In this document: in pieces, positions 8,309 through 17,794 of the stretch | Layout: each line of letters opens with the position of its first letter | How positions within the stretch are numbered: position 1 is the first letter of the stretch | Assembly (NCBI GenBank): GCA_964386665.1 | Contig: CAYLQP010000002.1 | Coordinates: 64,105 to 128,104 of the forward strand | DNA length: 64,000 nucleotides | Direction: 5' to 3' | Origin: an uncultured Candidatus Saccharibacteria bacterium | GTDB lineage: Bacteria; Patescibacteriota; Minisyncoccia; Phycocordibacterales; CAIRYW01 | Notes under the pieces: generated by a model | Database searches by the model: none | Told to the model about the DNA's origin: nothing | What the model saw: the letters and a program-made list of their open reading frames with translations, nothing else | Position numbers and translations under genes: made by a program

Positions 8309-9466
8309 TTAATGATGATGTGAATGGCTATGACCGTGTCCGTGACCATCCCCTTTTCCCCTAAAACTCTTAAGCATAAGGACTGCAATAAGAGATGTGA
8401 TAGGCACTGCAAGGACGAGGCCAATCGATCCTACCATAGTCCGAATAATTTCAGTTACAAAATGCTCTTTGTTAAGAATTGATAAAAACGGCAGTGTTGA
8501 GCCATAAAACAGAAGCAAGAGTGGAAGTGACGCTCCAACATAAGCAATCGCAAGTGTATTGACGAGTGCTCCAATATGTTCACGTCCAATTCTAAGTGAA
8601 CGCAAGAACACTCTACGAGGAGACATATATTCGCTTGCTCGGTATAACTCTTCTACTGCAACTGCCTGACCAATCGCAGCATCATATAGCACCCCAAGAA
8701 GTCCTATGATGATTCCACCTAAAAGCAATCCTGCAAAATCAATATTCCCTCCTGTATTGAAATTAAGATAAACCGATTCTTCGCTTTCAAAACCAGTTAA
8801 ATGTACAAACGAAACAGCAAACCAAGCAAGAAGTCCTGTAAGCAAGACAGTTGCAATCATCCCTATCACCGCACTTGAAGTCGTCTTATTAAATCCGTGT
8901 GTAATATAAGAACCAAGTACAATAATAATACTTGCACTGATAATACTAAGCCATATAGGAGAAGCTCCACTGAGTACCCCAGGAAGTAACACATAAAGAA
9001 TAATAAGCAAACTTCCAATAAGACTCATTAGCCCTCGAAATCCCTGTTTACCTCCAAACGCAATAACAACCACAATAAACAATACAACAAACAAAAGCAT
9101 ATGAGGAACACGATACACATCACCAACCGCAAAAACAACTCTACCTGTATCTGCTTCTATTGTTTGAGTTAAAAAAAACACATCATTCACCCGAAGAGGT
9201 AGATAATCATTTTTTATCTCAAACAACTGACCCTTGAATTCACCTTCTGTTGGAATCACTTTAAGATATTGAGTAACAAAGGAAACTTCTGTTCCCTCAA
9301 CTGTGTGAATTTCAGTTGAAAGCACTTCAGATACCTTTGCTTTCATGATGACTGTTTTGTCTTGCAATAACTCAGCTCCAAATACGTTGGAGCCAAAAAT
9401 AAATGACACACACGCAAGTGTATACACACATATTCTTTTTTGTATATTTATCGACATTTTTTGCAT
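8309..9466 (-). CDS. YibE/F-family polytopic membrane protein with C-terminal His-rich tail
   Basis: N-terminal signal/TM, an extracytoplasmic domain of about 100 aa, then about 8 TM helices in the YibE/F pattern. C-terminus GKGDGHGHGHSHSHHH. Confidence 0.6.
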   Translation of the reverse strand: MQKMSINIQKRICVYTLACVSFIFGSNVFGAELLQDKTVIMKAKVSEVLSTEIHTVEGTEVSFVTQYLKVIPTEGEFKGQLFEIKNDYLPLRVNDVFFLTQTIEADTGRVVFAVGDVYRVPHMLLFVVLFIVVVIAFGGKQGFRGLMSLIGSLLIILYVLLPGVLSGASPIWLSIISASIIIVLGSYITHGFNKTTSSAVIGMIATVLLTGLLAWFAVSFVHLTGFESEESVYLNFNTGGNIDFAGLLLGGIIIGLLGVLYDAAIGQAVAVEELYRASEYMSPRRVFLRSLRIGREHIGALVNTLAIAYVGASLPLLLLFYGSTLPFLSILNKEHFVTEIIRTMVGSIGLVLAVPITSLIAVLMLKSFRGKGDGHGHGHSHSHHH

Positions 9467-9900
9467 TGTCCAAAAAACTCCAAACTATGATCAGTAATTG
9501 TTTTAAATTTTTTTGATTTTGATGAAATAGTTTTTTGAATTTCGGCAGATAAGCACACATCTACATCTTCAACATCACCACAATCAGTACAGACAATATG
9601 ATGGTGATGATTGTCGGCAAGTTCAAAGCATACTGCATCTTTTCGCAGATCTACCCTTCGTACAATTCCTTTTTTTGCAAATGAAGTAAGAGTTCGATAC
9701 ACGGTTACGTTATTTGTTTGCTTGTCTTTAAGCTTCTTAAAGATAGCTTCTGCATCGAGTGGTACCTGACTTTCGGACAAGATGTGGAGTATTTCAAGAC
9801 GAGCAGGAGTGACCTTAAACTGATGTGACTTGAGTAGTTTTTCTTGTAAAGATTGATTATTCATACAAACAACAATACCATAAAAAGAAGCTTGTTTCAA
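9448..9900 (-). CDS. Fur-family metalloregulator (Zur-like by context)
   Basis: Winged-helix VYRTLTSFAKKGIV; HHHH plus CxxC...CxxC metal sites (HHHHIVCTDCG...CKKC). Divergent from a ZIP transporter. Confidence 0.8.
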   Translation of the reverse strand: MKQASFYGIVVCMNNQSLQEKLLKSHQFKVTPARLEILHILSESQVPLDAEAIFKKLKDKQTNNVTVYRTLTSFAKKGIVRRVDLRKDAVCFELADNHHHHIVCTDCGDVEDVDVCLSAEIQKTISSKSKKFKTITDHSLEFFGQCKKCR

Positions 9901-9905
9901 ACTAG

Positions 9906-9922
9906 ATGCAATTTACTTGCAT
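9906..9922. promoter_or_regulatory. candidate operator: perfect 6-5-6 palindrome ATGCAA-tttac-TTGCAT in the Fur/ZIP divergent promoter region
   Basis: Exact inverted repeat seen directly in the sequence, between the Fur-family gene start and the ZIP gene start. Confidence 0.35.
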
Positions 9923-9974
9923 TTGAAATATTTCTGTGTTAAGCTTGTTATATTAAACAATTACAACTGATTTT

Positions 9975-10790
9975 ATGTTCCCACTCATCATCGCATCAAT
10001 TATTATTATGTTTGCTTCCCTATCTGGGATTGCTCTTGCGTCAAAAGTCTTTGCAAAGTGTATGAAAAAAAACTTACATTTTTTGGTAAGTTTTTCAGCT
10101 GGAGTCTTTCTTGTTGTTACATACGGGCTTGCTACCGAAGCACTTGAACATAACACACTACAAACAGGTCTTCTTTGGATCCTTATTGGATGTGTTGCAA
10201 CCTGGCTTTTAATGAAGATTATCCCAGAATCTCACCATCACCACGAAGAAGGATCAGACCACACCCACTCTTCTATCGATGCTCGAAAAATGGTGCTTGC
10301 TGATACGGTTCATAACCTAGGAGATGGAATCTTACTTGCAGGGGCTTTTACAGTAAGTGTATCGTTTGGAATCATTACGGCTGTTGGTGTACTAATCCAC
10401 GAAATCCTTGAAGAAATCTCAGAATTCTTTGTAATGAAAGAAGCGGGATGGTCAACTAAAAAAGCGCTTGTTATTAACTTCTTCACTTCAGGTTCAATTC
10501 TCATTGGTTCTATTGGTGCGTATTTCTTGTTTGAAAAGATGGAAAAAGCTGAACCAATTCTACTTGCGCTTGCTGCCGGAGTATTTCTTGTTGTAGTACT
10601 ACAAGACCTTATTCCTCACTCTATTCGGACATCATCAAAAGAAAAACATATCTGTCTCAAAAAACATATAATTTGGTTTTTGTTTGGAATTATTCTTATG
10701 TCTGGAGTAAACACATTCCTTTCTCATAAACACGATCATGAAGAAGAGTATTCCAAAGAAGAATCTATACGTCAAGAAATCAATCATTAA
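9975..10790 (+). CDS. ZIP-family divalent metal transporter (ZupT-like)
   Basis: 8-TM layout. His-rich cytoplasmic loop ESHHHHEEGSDHTHSS. Conserved HNLGDG and HEILEE motifs of ZIP transporters. Confidence 0.85.
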   Translation: MFPLIIASIIIMFASLSGIALASKVFAKCMKKNLHFLVSFSAGVFLVVTYGLATEALEHNTLQTGLLWILIGCVATWLLMKIIPESHHHHEEGSDHTHSSIDARKMVLADTVHNLGDGILLAGAFTVSVSFGIITAVGVLIHEILEEISEFFVMKEAGWSTKKALVINFFTSGSILIGSIGAYFLFEKMEKAEPILLALAAGVFLVVVLQDLIPHSIRTSSKEKHICLKKHIIWFLFGIILMSGVNTFLSHKHDHEEEYSKEESIRQEINH

Positions 10791-10809
10791 AACGAGTACA
10801 TTATTTTAA

Positions 10810-10848
10810 TTCAAAACAAAAACCTCTTTAAAAGAGGTTTTTGTTTTG
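10810..10848. terminator. bidirectional intrinsic terminator
   Basis: caaaaacctcttt-taa-aagaggtttttg hairpin with flanking A-run and T-run, between the convergent ZIP and surface-protein genes. Confidence 0.6.
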
Positions 10849-10865
10849 AATTATTTGTTCTTCTA

Positions 10866-13800
10866 CTACTCTCTCCCCAACACTTCCCTCGTCTTAGGTC
10901 CTACAAGTCCTGCTACCACCTCAGTAGCTGAAGAGATGATCTTGTGCTTTAGCTGGAACTTAATGACTGCAGCTTTTGTTGCATATCCAAAGAGGGTTGT
11001 TTCACTTCCCTTTGATCCAGGGCCTGTTTGTGCTACTTGTGTATCAGGATCACTGTTGAGTACTTTTTGGAGTTCTTTTACGTCTGTATTGTTGTCACCG
11101 AATTTAAGAAGTTTAGTAAATATAAATCGAGAAGTAGTTGAGATTGGTGAAGAAGTATTTCCTTGTAGTTTTGCAAGTTGTGCCTTCAACTCTGCAAGAC
11201 GAGCAAGGAGGGTTGCAATGAGGTCAGAATCTGAGGCTTGTGCGATGAGTTGTTTGTTAACTGAACGAGGTCTGCTTCCTGATACAGAACCTGATGTTTC
11301 AGTTCCAAAAAGTCCAAAGACTGAGAAATGAGTTGTAGTGCAAGTCACCGTATTAGCATTTACATTCACTGTACAACCAGAAAGTTCTGACCAAACCGAT
11401 CCATCATATCGATAAATTTTAAGAGTTGATTCATCCACATCTGACACATCAGTGTCTTCATATGTAAGAGTAATTGTAATTGGTTCATCAAAGGTTGTAA
11501 GTGTTGTTGTGGCATTTAGATATGCTTTAAGATCATATATGTGACCATCGGCAACTGCTTTACCTGTCGGACTATCAATACTTTGAACCACATTAGTATC
11601 TGTGATAATTTTGATTTGGAATGTAAGATTTGATGCTTCAGTTGTTACATCAGCTGGTACTTCAAGATCGATTTGTTGCCCTCCTGAGGTAAGTGAAAGG
11701 TCTGCTCCACTTGAGACAGTGACATTGTCCACTTGAGTGTTTTCTACACTAGCAGACCCTGTGCATCCTGTTGTTGTAAACGTAGAACCTGTTCCATACC
11801 CAACATTTGTTGAAACATCGATTGATGCAACTCTAAAATAGTATTTGGTACAAGATAGTAGGTCTGCAATAGTGACTGAATGACTTGAAACTCGGGGTGA
11901 AGTGTCTGCTTCTGTCGTTGTTGCAGAGTATGTACTACTTACCCCATATGCCACCAAAGAAGATGAATCTTCATCTGTATTCCAGGTAATAGTCACAGAA
12001 GACGATGAAGGTGTTGCAGAGACGCTTGAAACATTTGGTGCTCCTGTATCAGCTGTTGTGGTGAATGTGTAATCAGTTGATGTTGCATAGTTGTATGAAG
12101 CATCACCTGAAGAAACGCGGAAATGATATGTCGTGCTTTCCGAAAGACCTGTAAGTGTAATTGAGTGATTTGTTGTTAATGTATTTGAAGAAGAGGCACT
12201 TCCATATGAAGAAGTGGTTCCGTATTCAACAGTTGAGGTTGCATTTTCGTTTGTTGTCCATGTGATTGTTGCTGTGGTTGTGTTTGTTGAAGAAGCAATA
12301 GAAGAAATGATTGGTGCTGTTGTATCAGGTGCAGTAGTTGTTCGTAATGTATATTCACTACTTGTTGCATAGTTGTTTGCAGCATCTTTTGATACTACTA
12401 CAAAGTAGTAGAGCGTGTCTGCAGAGAGTCCTGTAAGTCCAAGTGAGTGACTTGTTACCGTTGATGCACTTGATGTACTTGTGGTGTATGTTCCCGCTGA
12501 AGTTCCGTAAGATACTTTAGAGTCTGATGATTCGTCAGTTGCCCATGTGACTGTTGCAGTTGTTGCAGCTGTGCTTGAGGCTACAGAAGAGATAGTGGGA
12601 GCAGTGGAGTCATCTGAAATAGTAAATGCACGTGCAGTGGATGTTGAAGTAATACCATCAAGATCAGTGACACTTGTGTACAAGTTATAGTTACCATTTG
12701 AAAGTCCTGAGAAAGTATTTCGCATTCCATACGCTGTTGTTCTCCACACTGACCAATAATCAGCTTCTGTTCCTACATACAAATATTCTCCCGTACTATC
12801 CCAAGAAATTCCTTCTGGCATTTCAAACAAAAAGTTTGAGCCACTGTCCGCTCTTGCCACAACTCCTTTTTGTGCAACTACACTACAGTTTGATGTATCA
12901 GAAACATTAACCTCAAGTATTTTGTCCCCCATATGTGAAAGAACATACAAATGATTATTAGTTGGTTCAAAATACAAACCTGAAATATCAGAATATCCAG
13001 GACTTGCAGGAAATCGAGTTGCATTAGTTTCAGTCAATGCAGCAAAATCCAAGTTAGTACAAATCTGTTGATTTGTTGCACTATGTGTTGCAATATCTCC
13101 AAACGTTACTTCATAGAGTTTTGGTACTCCAGCTGCACTTTCTTGACCTTCAAGAGCAGTGAAGGCTTTGCCGTTATTTGAGTTATATGCCAAACCTTCA
13201 AGTCCATTGTTGGTTGCAGGGGAACTACTAATCCCTGTAGACCAATAGTTAGTTCGGTTTACAGTTGCCGCTCCCGTTGAATGAATGACGACTCTAAAAA
13301 TCTGGTGACTTGTTGTTGATCCATCTTCAGTTGAAATCAAAAACGTATGATCATACCCTCCCGCAGTTGTGGAAGCAACACTTGATACCAAAGTAATGTC
13401 TTCAGCATCATTACAACTTGAACATGTAATTGTCCGTAAACTTACTCCGGAAGTCGTGACTTCGTGTATAACGTTTTGGTTGTTGTGAATAGTAAATAAT
13501 GTATTTGTGGTTGGAACATACACAATTCCAGATAAATCTCCCGTAAGAGAAAGATCAGCTTTGTCTGTAGTAGTCGCAAGATGATTAACGTTATAGTCTC
13601 CATATCTTGTTGATGTAGTTGCGTGAGAAATAAGTGATCCTAGAGCAGTTTCAAGCCTAAATGTTATATAGTCTGGGTTTGCAATAGTTGAAGAAGCGTA
13701 TCCCGTAATTGAAGTAGAGGTCGTAGAAACACCATTAGAAATAGTTGGAGAAATAAAAGAAATCACTGTTTGTGGCGTAGCAGAAACAGTCGAAGAAGTA

Positions 13801-15185
13801 GCACTTCGCAAACCACTATTACTTGCTGCGACTCTAAAGTCATATGCCGAGTTATTAGTAAGTCCTGTCACCAACGTACTTGTTGCAGTAGATACTGCAT
13901 CACTAAATGCAGTCCAAGTCGCATCAGCAGAAAGTTTATATTCTACAAAGTAATCTGTAACGGTTCCAGTTGAAGTCGTCCATTTTACATTTACTTTTCC
14001 ATCATACCCAGTTGCAACAAGAGCAGTTGGAGTTCCTGGAGCAGCATCACTTACACCATATGTAACTAAACCATCAGCTCCTCCTGTATATGTTGCGTTA
14101 AGCCAATTTGCAGATCGTGTTGTATTTGAAATACGAAATTCATCAAGTTGTCCATCAAGGTTTCCATTCTTTAACGCATTGTTTCTTCCGATTGAATTAG
14201 TCTCTCCTAAGACTTCCATTCCACAAGTTGGAGATACAGGAGTACCTGTTGCAGCCTCATTGAGATAAAGCTTCATATTGTTTGTGCCTCCGTTTTTGTC
14301 CCAAACCGCCGCAGTGTAATACCAAGCGTCAAGTGTAGGTGCAACTGAAGTAACAATACTGTTTACGGTCGCTCCACATTCGATTCGATATGTTAATTTG
14401 TTAGATGCGGCAGAATCAGTAAACAGACGCCATTCTCCTTGCCAGGTACCAGACTTTACACGTGAGAACAAATATCGTCCAGAAGTCGTCGCAGCGTAGT
14501 TGTCGATATTAAACCACATTTCCACTGTTCCTGCGTTAAGTGGAATAGAAACAGTAGTACTTGCAGTTTCAATAAAACCTGAAGTTCCATTTAAATCTAA
14601 ACCGTCAGAAAATTGTGCAGTTGTAGTTGCAGTAATGTTTGTTGATGTTGCGTGTGTGTTATTTGATGTGCTATCAAATAAGTTTGCTCCTGAAGCAAGT
14701 GGGTTATCATCCATATGATACACAGAAAGATAGTTACTGTCCCAAACAGCGGTAGTTGAAGCGGTAGTAGGAGCATCAGTTGCACTTGAGTTATCATAAT
14801 ACAAATAAATATAGTCTGTTGCTGAAGAAGCATCTATTTGTGGCACCTTAACCCATACAGTTGATGTACCTGTTGTATCCCATTTTTCTATTTCATAGTT
14901 AAGTACAGTTACTCCATCAGCATCGACAAATCGAATATCGTTTCCACCAGTAACAAAATCAGCATAAGAAGTTCGAGTATTGTTTAAAAATACCGCAAGA
15001 GGAAAGTTAACCAAATTCTCAGCACGACCTGAGTTGTTAATAGTTAACTTAATCCGTTTAGTCCAACTCGAATCCCACCACGCATCATCAGCGTATACGT
15101 TATTAAATGGATAAGAAAGTAATAAAAATAATGCAATAAAAAAAGAATATATGTATGTTCGTCTCATTATTTTATTATAAACCAT
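10866..15185 (-). CDS. giant secreted cell-surface protein (1439 aa): signal peptide, DUF2341, LamG-like, multiple FN3 repeats, beta-propeller-like region, C-terminal peptidoglycan-binding domain
   Basis: N-terminal signal/TM. DUF2341-like WWDSSWTKRIKLTINN...NFPLAV...DIRFVDADG. Repeated FN3-like units (TVTW.TDE.S.S.V.YG...LTGL...Y.FRV). Long Ser/Thr-rich linkers. C-terminal PG_binding_1-like FGDNNTDVKELQKVLN...FGYATKAAVIKFQ. Confidence 0.8.
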   Translation of the reverse strand: MVYNKIMRRTYIYSFFIALFLLLSYPFNNVYADDAWWDSSWTKRIKLTINNSGRAENLVNFPLAVFLNNTRTSYADFVTGGNDIRFVDADGVTVLNYEIEKWDTTGTSTVWVKVPQIDASSATDYIYLYYDNSSATDAPTTASTTAVWDSNYLSVYHMDDNPLASGANLFDSTSNNTHATSTNITATTTAQFSDGLDLNGTSGFIETASTTVSIPLNAGTVEMWFNIDNYAATTSGRYLFSRVKSGTWQGEWRLFTDSAASNKLTYRIECGATVNSIVTSVAPTLDAWYYTAAVWDKNGGTNNMKLYLNEAATGTPVSPTCGMEVLGETNSIGRNNALKNGNLDGQLDEFRISNTTRSANWLNATYTGGADGLVTYGVSDAAPGTPTALVATGYDGKVNVKWTTSTGTVTDYFVEYKLSADATWTAFSDAVSTATSTLVTGLTNNSAYDFRVAASNSGLRSATSSTVSATPQTVISFISPTISNGVSTTSTSITGYASSTIANPDYITFRLETALGSLISHATTSTRYGDYNVNHLATTTDKADLSLTGDLSGIVYVPTTNTLFTIHNNQNVIHEVTTSGVSLRTITCSSCNDAEDITLVSSVASTTAGGYDHTFLISTEDGSTTSHQIFRVVIHSTGAATVNRTNYWSTGISSSPATNNGLEGLAYNSNNGKAFTALEGQESAAGVPKLYEVTFGDIATHSATNQQICTNLDFAALTETNATRFPASPGYSDISGLYFEPTNNHLYVLSHMGDKILEVNVSDTSNCSVVAQKGVVARADSGSNFLFEMPEGISWDSTGEYLYVGTEADYWSVWRTTAYGMRNTFSGLSNGNYNLYTSVTDLDGITSTSTARAFTISDDSTAPTISSVASSTAATTATVTWATDESSDSKVSYGTSAGTYTTSTSSASTVTSHSLGLTGLSADTLYYFVVVSKDAANNYATSSEYTLRTTTAPDTTAPIISSIASSTNTTTATITWTTNENATSTVEYGTTSSYGSASSSNTLTTNHSITLTGLSESTTYHFRVSSGDASYNYATSTDYTFTTTADTGAPNVSSVSATPSSSSVTITWNTDEDSSSLVAYGVSSTYSATTTEADTSPRVSSHSVTIADLLSCTKYYFRVASIDVSTNVGYGTGSTFTTTGCTGSASVENTQVDNVTVSSGADLSLTSGGQQIDLEVPADVTTEASNLTFQIKIITDTNVVQSIDSPTGKAVADGHIYDLKAYLNATTTLTTFDEPITITLTYEDTDVSDVDESTLKIYRYDGSVWSELSGCTVNVNANTVTCTTTHFSVFGLFGTETSGSVSGSRPRSVNKQLIAQASDSDLIATLLARLAELKAQLAKLQGNTSSPISTTSRFIFTKLLKFGDNNTDVKELQKVLNSDPDTQVAQTGPGSKGSETTLFGYATKAAVIKFQLKHKIISSATEVVAGLVGPKTREVLGRE

Positions 15186-15196
15186 ACACTTCTCTC

Positions 15197-15922
15197 TTAC
15201 AATAACTTTGCACCCTGACGAATATCTTGTTTTTCTTCGAAGGAGAACTTTTCAAGTGCATAAGAAAGCGTAGTTGAGTGAATGAACGGTCTGTGTGTTT
15301 TTAAAAAACTTTTCAACAGTTCCTTGTCTCTTTTTCCTACTTCTCGAAGCATCCATCCAACTGCTTTGTGTATCAGATCATGTTTATGAGCCAACAATTG
15401 TCTACTTATCTCTAATGTGTCAGAAAAATCGTTTTGTCTAATAAATGCAAATGTCGCAACAATAGCGATTCGGTTCTTCCACAGGTCTTTTGATTTTGAA
15501 AAGGTATACAATACAGAGCGATCCTTTTTTTCTAAAAGCCACGCACCAAGCAAATGATACGCTGAAGCATCCACCAAATCCCAATTATTAACAAAAGCAA
15601 GATGAGTTTTATACATCGTAATGATTTGTTTTTGAGATACAACCCCTTTGTTGAATTGAAGTATCATTATAAACAAAGCAATAAGTCGTGCCTCGTGATA
15701 AGGGTTTTTAAGTAATATAGCAATTTCTTTTAGAGGAAGATCTTTCGCCTTGCCTGCAATATTTCGACACTCCGGCACTGTTAATCCAAGAAACATATCC
15801 CCTGCTCCATACTGCCCTTTTTTCGTCTTAAAAAAACGCATCGATAAAAGCGCTTTCTTTTTATTTCCAGATTTTTTTAACACATTTAACACTTCTTTAC
15901 CTGTATTCATTTTTTCAGTCAA
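15197..15922 (-). CDS. DNA alkylation repair enzyme (AlkD/AlkC-like HEAT-repeat glycosylase family)
   Basis: About 240 aa all-helical, with features of the DNA_alkylation family (LSMRFFKTKKGQYGAGDMFLGL..., later NNWDLVD). Confidence 0.6.
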   Translation of the reverse strand: MTEKMNTGKEVLNVLKKSGNKKKALLSMRFFKTKKGQYGAGDMFLGLTVPECRNIAGKAKDLPLKEIAILLKNPYHEARLIALFIMILQFNKGVVSQKQIITMYKTHLAFVNNWDLVDASAYHLLGAWLLEKKDRSVLYTFSKSKDLWKNRIAIVATFAFIRQNDFSDTLEISRQLLAHKHDLIHKAVGWMLREVGKRDKELLKSFLKTHRPFIHSTTLSYALEKFSFEEKQDIRQGAKLL

Positions 15923-15937
15923 AAGTGATATGTTCTC

Positions 15938-16420
15938 CTAATTACTCGTATTGGTTCTCTTTTTTAAATCAGTATAACTAAAAAGTATATCAAACCCTTT
16001 GCACCAGATAAGTATCTTTGAATATTCTTCGATATGAACTGTATCTGGAATAAGATAATTAAAATTCCCTTCGGTTGCCTTAAGAGGACCAAGATCAATA
16101 AAGCTCTGTGCTTCCAAATCCTTTGACATATACACCCTCAGGTCTGGACCGCTCATGGTTTCAAAGTTTTCAAACCGAAGATATAAGTTACGATCTGCCC
16201 CTTCAATGAGCGCCAGCGTCCCTTTTACATCGTGTGCTGAAGGAATCATATCAACCTTTGTTACAATGCCAAGTGCCTGACTTTTTACTCCATCTTTGTT
16301 AGTAGAAACAATTATTGGCGCAGGCTCATCAAGATGCACTTTCTTAAACGTAGGAAATACAACATACCAAAAGACTCCAAGAAGTACTAATACAATAATT
16401 GCTGTAATAATTTTTTTCAT
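15938..16420 (-). CDS. DM13-domain protein with N-terminal TM anchor
   Basis: LRFENFETMSGPDLRVYMS...IDLGPLKATEGNFNYLIP...IWCKGFDILFSYTDL matches the DM13 consensus (nGPDL.VyL ... G.L....Gn..Y.iP ... IWC..F.v.F). Confidence 0.5.
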   Translation of the reverse strand: MKKIITAIIVLVLLGVFWYVVFPTFKKVHLDEPAPIIVSTNKDGVKSQALGIVTKVDMIPSAHDVKGTLALIEGADRNLYLRFENFETMSGPDLRVYMSKDLEAQSFIDLGPLKATEGNFNYLIPDTVHIEEYSKILIWCKGFDILFSYTDLKKRTNTSN

Positions 16421-16435
16421 ACTTTTACATACATA

Positions 16436-17068
16436 TTAACATCCAAACCCATTTGCAGGGCAAGTTGCGTTTTCGACATTTTCTTTACGTACTTTTATTT
16501 CTCCAGCTTCTTTTCCTGTTGTAATGTATTGATACGCCCAGGTCGAATACCATTCATGCTGATGATTGAAGCTTTGCCAATCGTTTCGCCATTCATTCCA
16601 ACCAATATTTAAATGCTTCACATATATATTATGATCAACAAGCATTTTACCGATCTTTCGACTCGTCATACAGGCAGTTGAATAACAATATGTAATAATT
16701 TCTTTATCTTTTGGAATAAGTTGAAATGACTCGACAATCCGTTCGACTGCTCCATAGTCAGGAGTATTCTTGTCTTTGTATGCTGGAATGTTGATTGCAC
16801 CTGTGATATGTCCCGCTTCATACTCCTCTGCACTTCGCAGATCAACAAGTACCGCATCGAACTCACCTGCATCCATTTTGAGACGCATTCCATGAGGACT
16901 CACACTCACAAGGTTTTCAGTATTATAATAGTCACGAATCAAGTTTTGTTCTTGTTCGCGCGGAGTTTCTTTGGTATGTATTTTGTACATATATGTAGAA
17001 CCAAGAAGACTTAAAAGAACCGAAGTTGCCACTAATAATATATCTCGTTTTGTAATATCCATACACAT
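16436..17068 (-). CDS. membrane-anchored rhodanese-like domain protein
   Basis: Rhodanese-fold region DAVLVDLRSAEEYEAGHITGAINIP with the putative active Cys loop ITYCYSTACMTSR. N-terminal TM. Confidence 0.55.
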   Translation of the reverse strand: MCMDITKRDILLVATSVLLSLLGSTYMYKIHTKETPREQEQNLIRDYYNTENLVSVSPHGMRLKMDAGEFDAVLVDLRSAEEYEAGHITGAINIPAYKDKNTPDYGAVERIVESFQLIPKDKEIITYCYSTACMTSRKIGKMLVDHNIYVKHLNIGWNEWRNDWQSFNHQHEWYSTWAYQYITTGKEAGEIKVRKENVENATCPANGFGC

Positions 17069-17127
17069 AATTATACGTCAAACAAAGCCGACTGCAAGAC
17101 TTTCAAAAAAACACTTTTTAGCATACT

Positions 17128-17751
17128 ATGGTCTATATGTCAGATATAGATAGATTATATACAAAACATCAAGAGGCTTTTGAAACATACCTAAAGGAAC
17201 TTCTTTTGTGGAACGAACAATTTAACCTAACTGCTATCCGTACCCCAGAAGAAATCAAAGTAAAGCATTTCTTTGATTCACTCACTCTTCTCCCTTTTAT
17301 CCCCAAAGGGGTAAAAACACTTGTAGATGTAGGCAGTGGAGCCGGATTTCCAGGTATCCCTCTTGCAATAGTGCGCCCTGACCTTTTGGTTACCCTTGTT
17401 GAATCAGTTGGTAAGAAGACTACGTTTCTGGAACATATAGTCACAACACTTGGACTGAAGAATGTTGAAGTGATTTACGCTCGTGCCGAAGAGGTCGCAA
17501 CTCATCCCGATTATTTTGAGAGCTTTGATGTTGGTGTCGCTCGTGCAGTTGCCAAGCTCGACAAACTCGCAGGATTTGTACTTCCACTTATAAAAAAGCA
17601 CGGTATCTTTCTTGCCCAAAAAGGTACACTCGAAAATATAGCCGAATCAGAAAATGAAGTTACTGTGCACAGTGGTAAAATTATTTCTACCGAAACGATT
17701 ACCGAAAAAGATTTAAAAGATAGAATTGTTGTAATAATAAAAAAGACCTAG
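17128..17751 (+). CDS. rsmG: 16S rRNA (guanine527-N7)-methyltransferase RsmG (GidB)
   Basis: FNLTAIRTPEEI...HFFDSL...VDVGSGAGFPGIPLAI, the canonical RsmG signature. Confidence 0.85.
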   Translation: MVYMSDIDRLYTKHQEAFETYLKELLLWNEQFNLTAIRTPEEIKVKHFFDSLTLLPFIPKGVKTLVDVGSGAGFPGIPLAIVRPDLLVTLVESVGKKTTFLEHIVTTLGLKNVEVIYARAEEVATHPDYFESFDVGVARAVAKLDKLAGFVLPLIKKHGIFLAQKGTLENIAESENEVTVHSGKIISTETITEKDLKDRIVVIIKKT

Positions 17752-17794
17752 CTCACACAAGAGCTCGCTTTACACTACATAGCTGAATCAAGTT

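Noticed and set aside
8290-8424. 5' extension of the coiled-coil ORF (ORF-track start at 8424)
   Set aside because: It would overlap the YibE/F-family gene by 116 nt. An internal ATG at 8289 just downstream of that gene's stop gives a tidy, non-overlapping CDS.
10846-11331. 161-aa plus-strand ORF at the 3' end of the surface-protein locus
   Set aside because: Lies entirely antisense within the well-supported 1439-aa gene and has no independent signals. Ser/Thr-rich genes commonly create long antisense ORFs.
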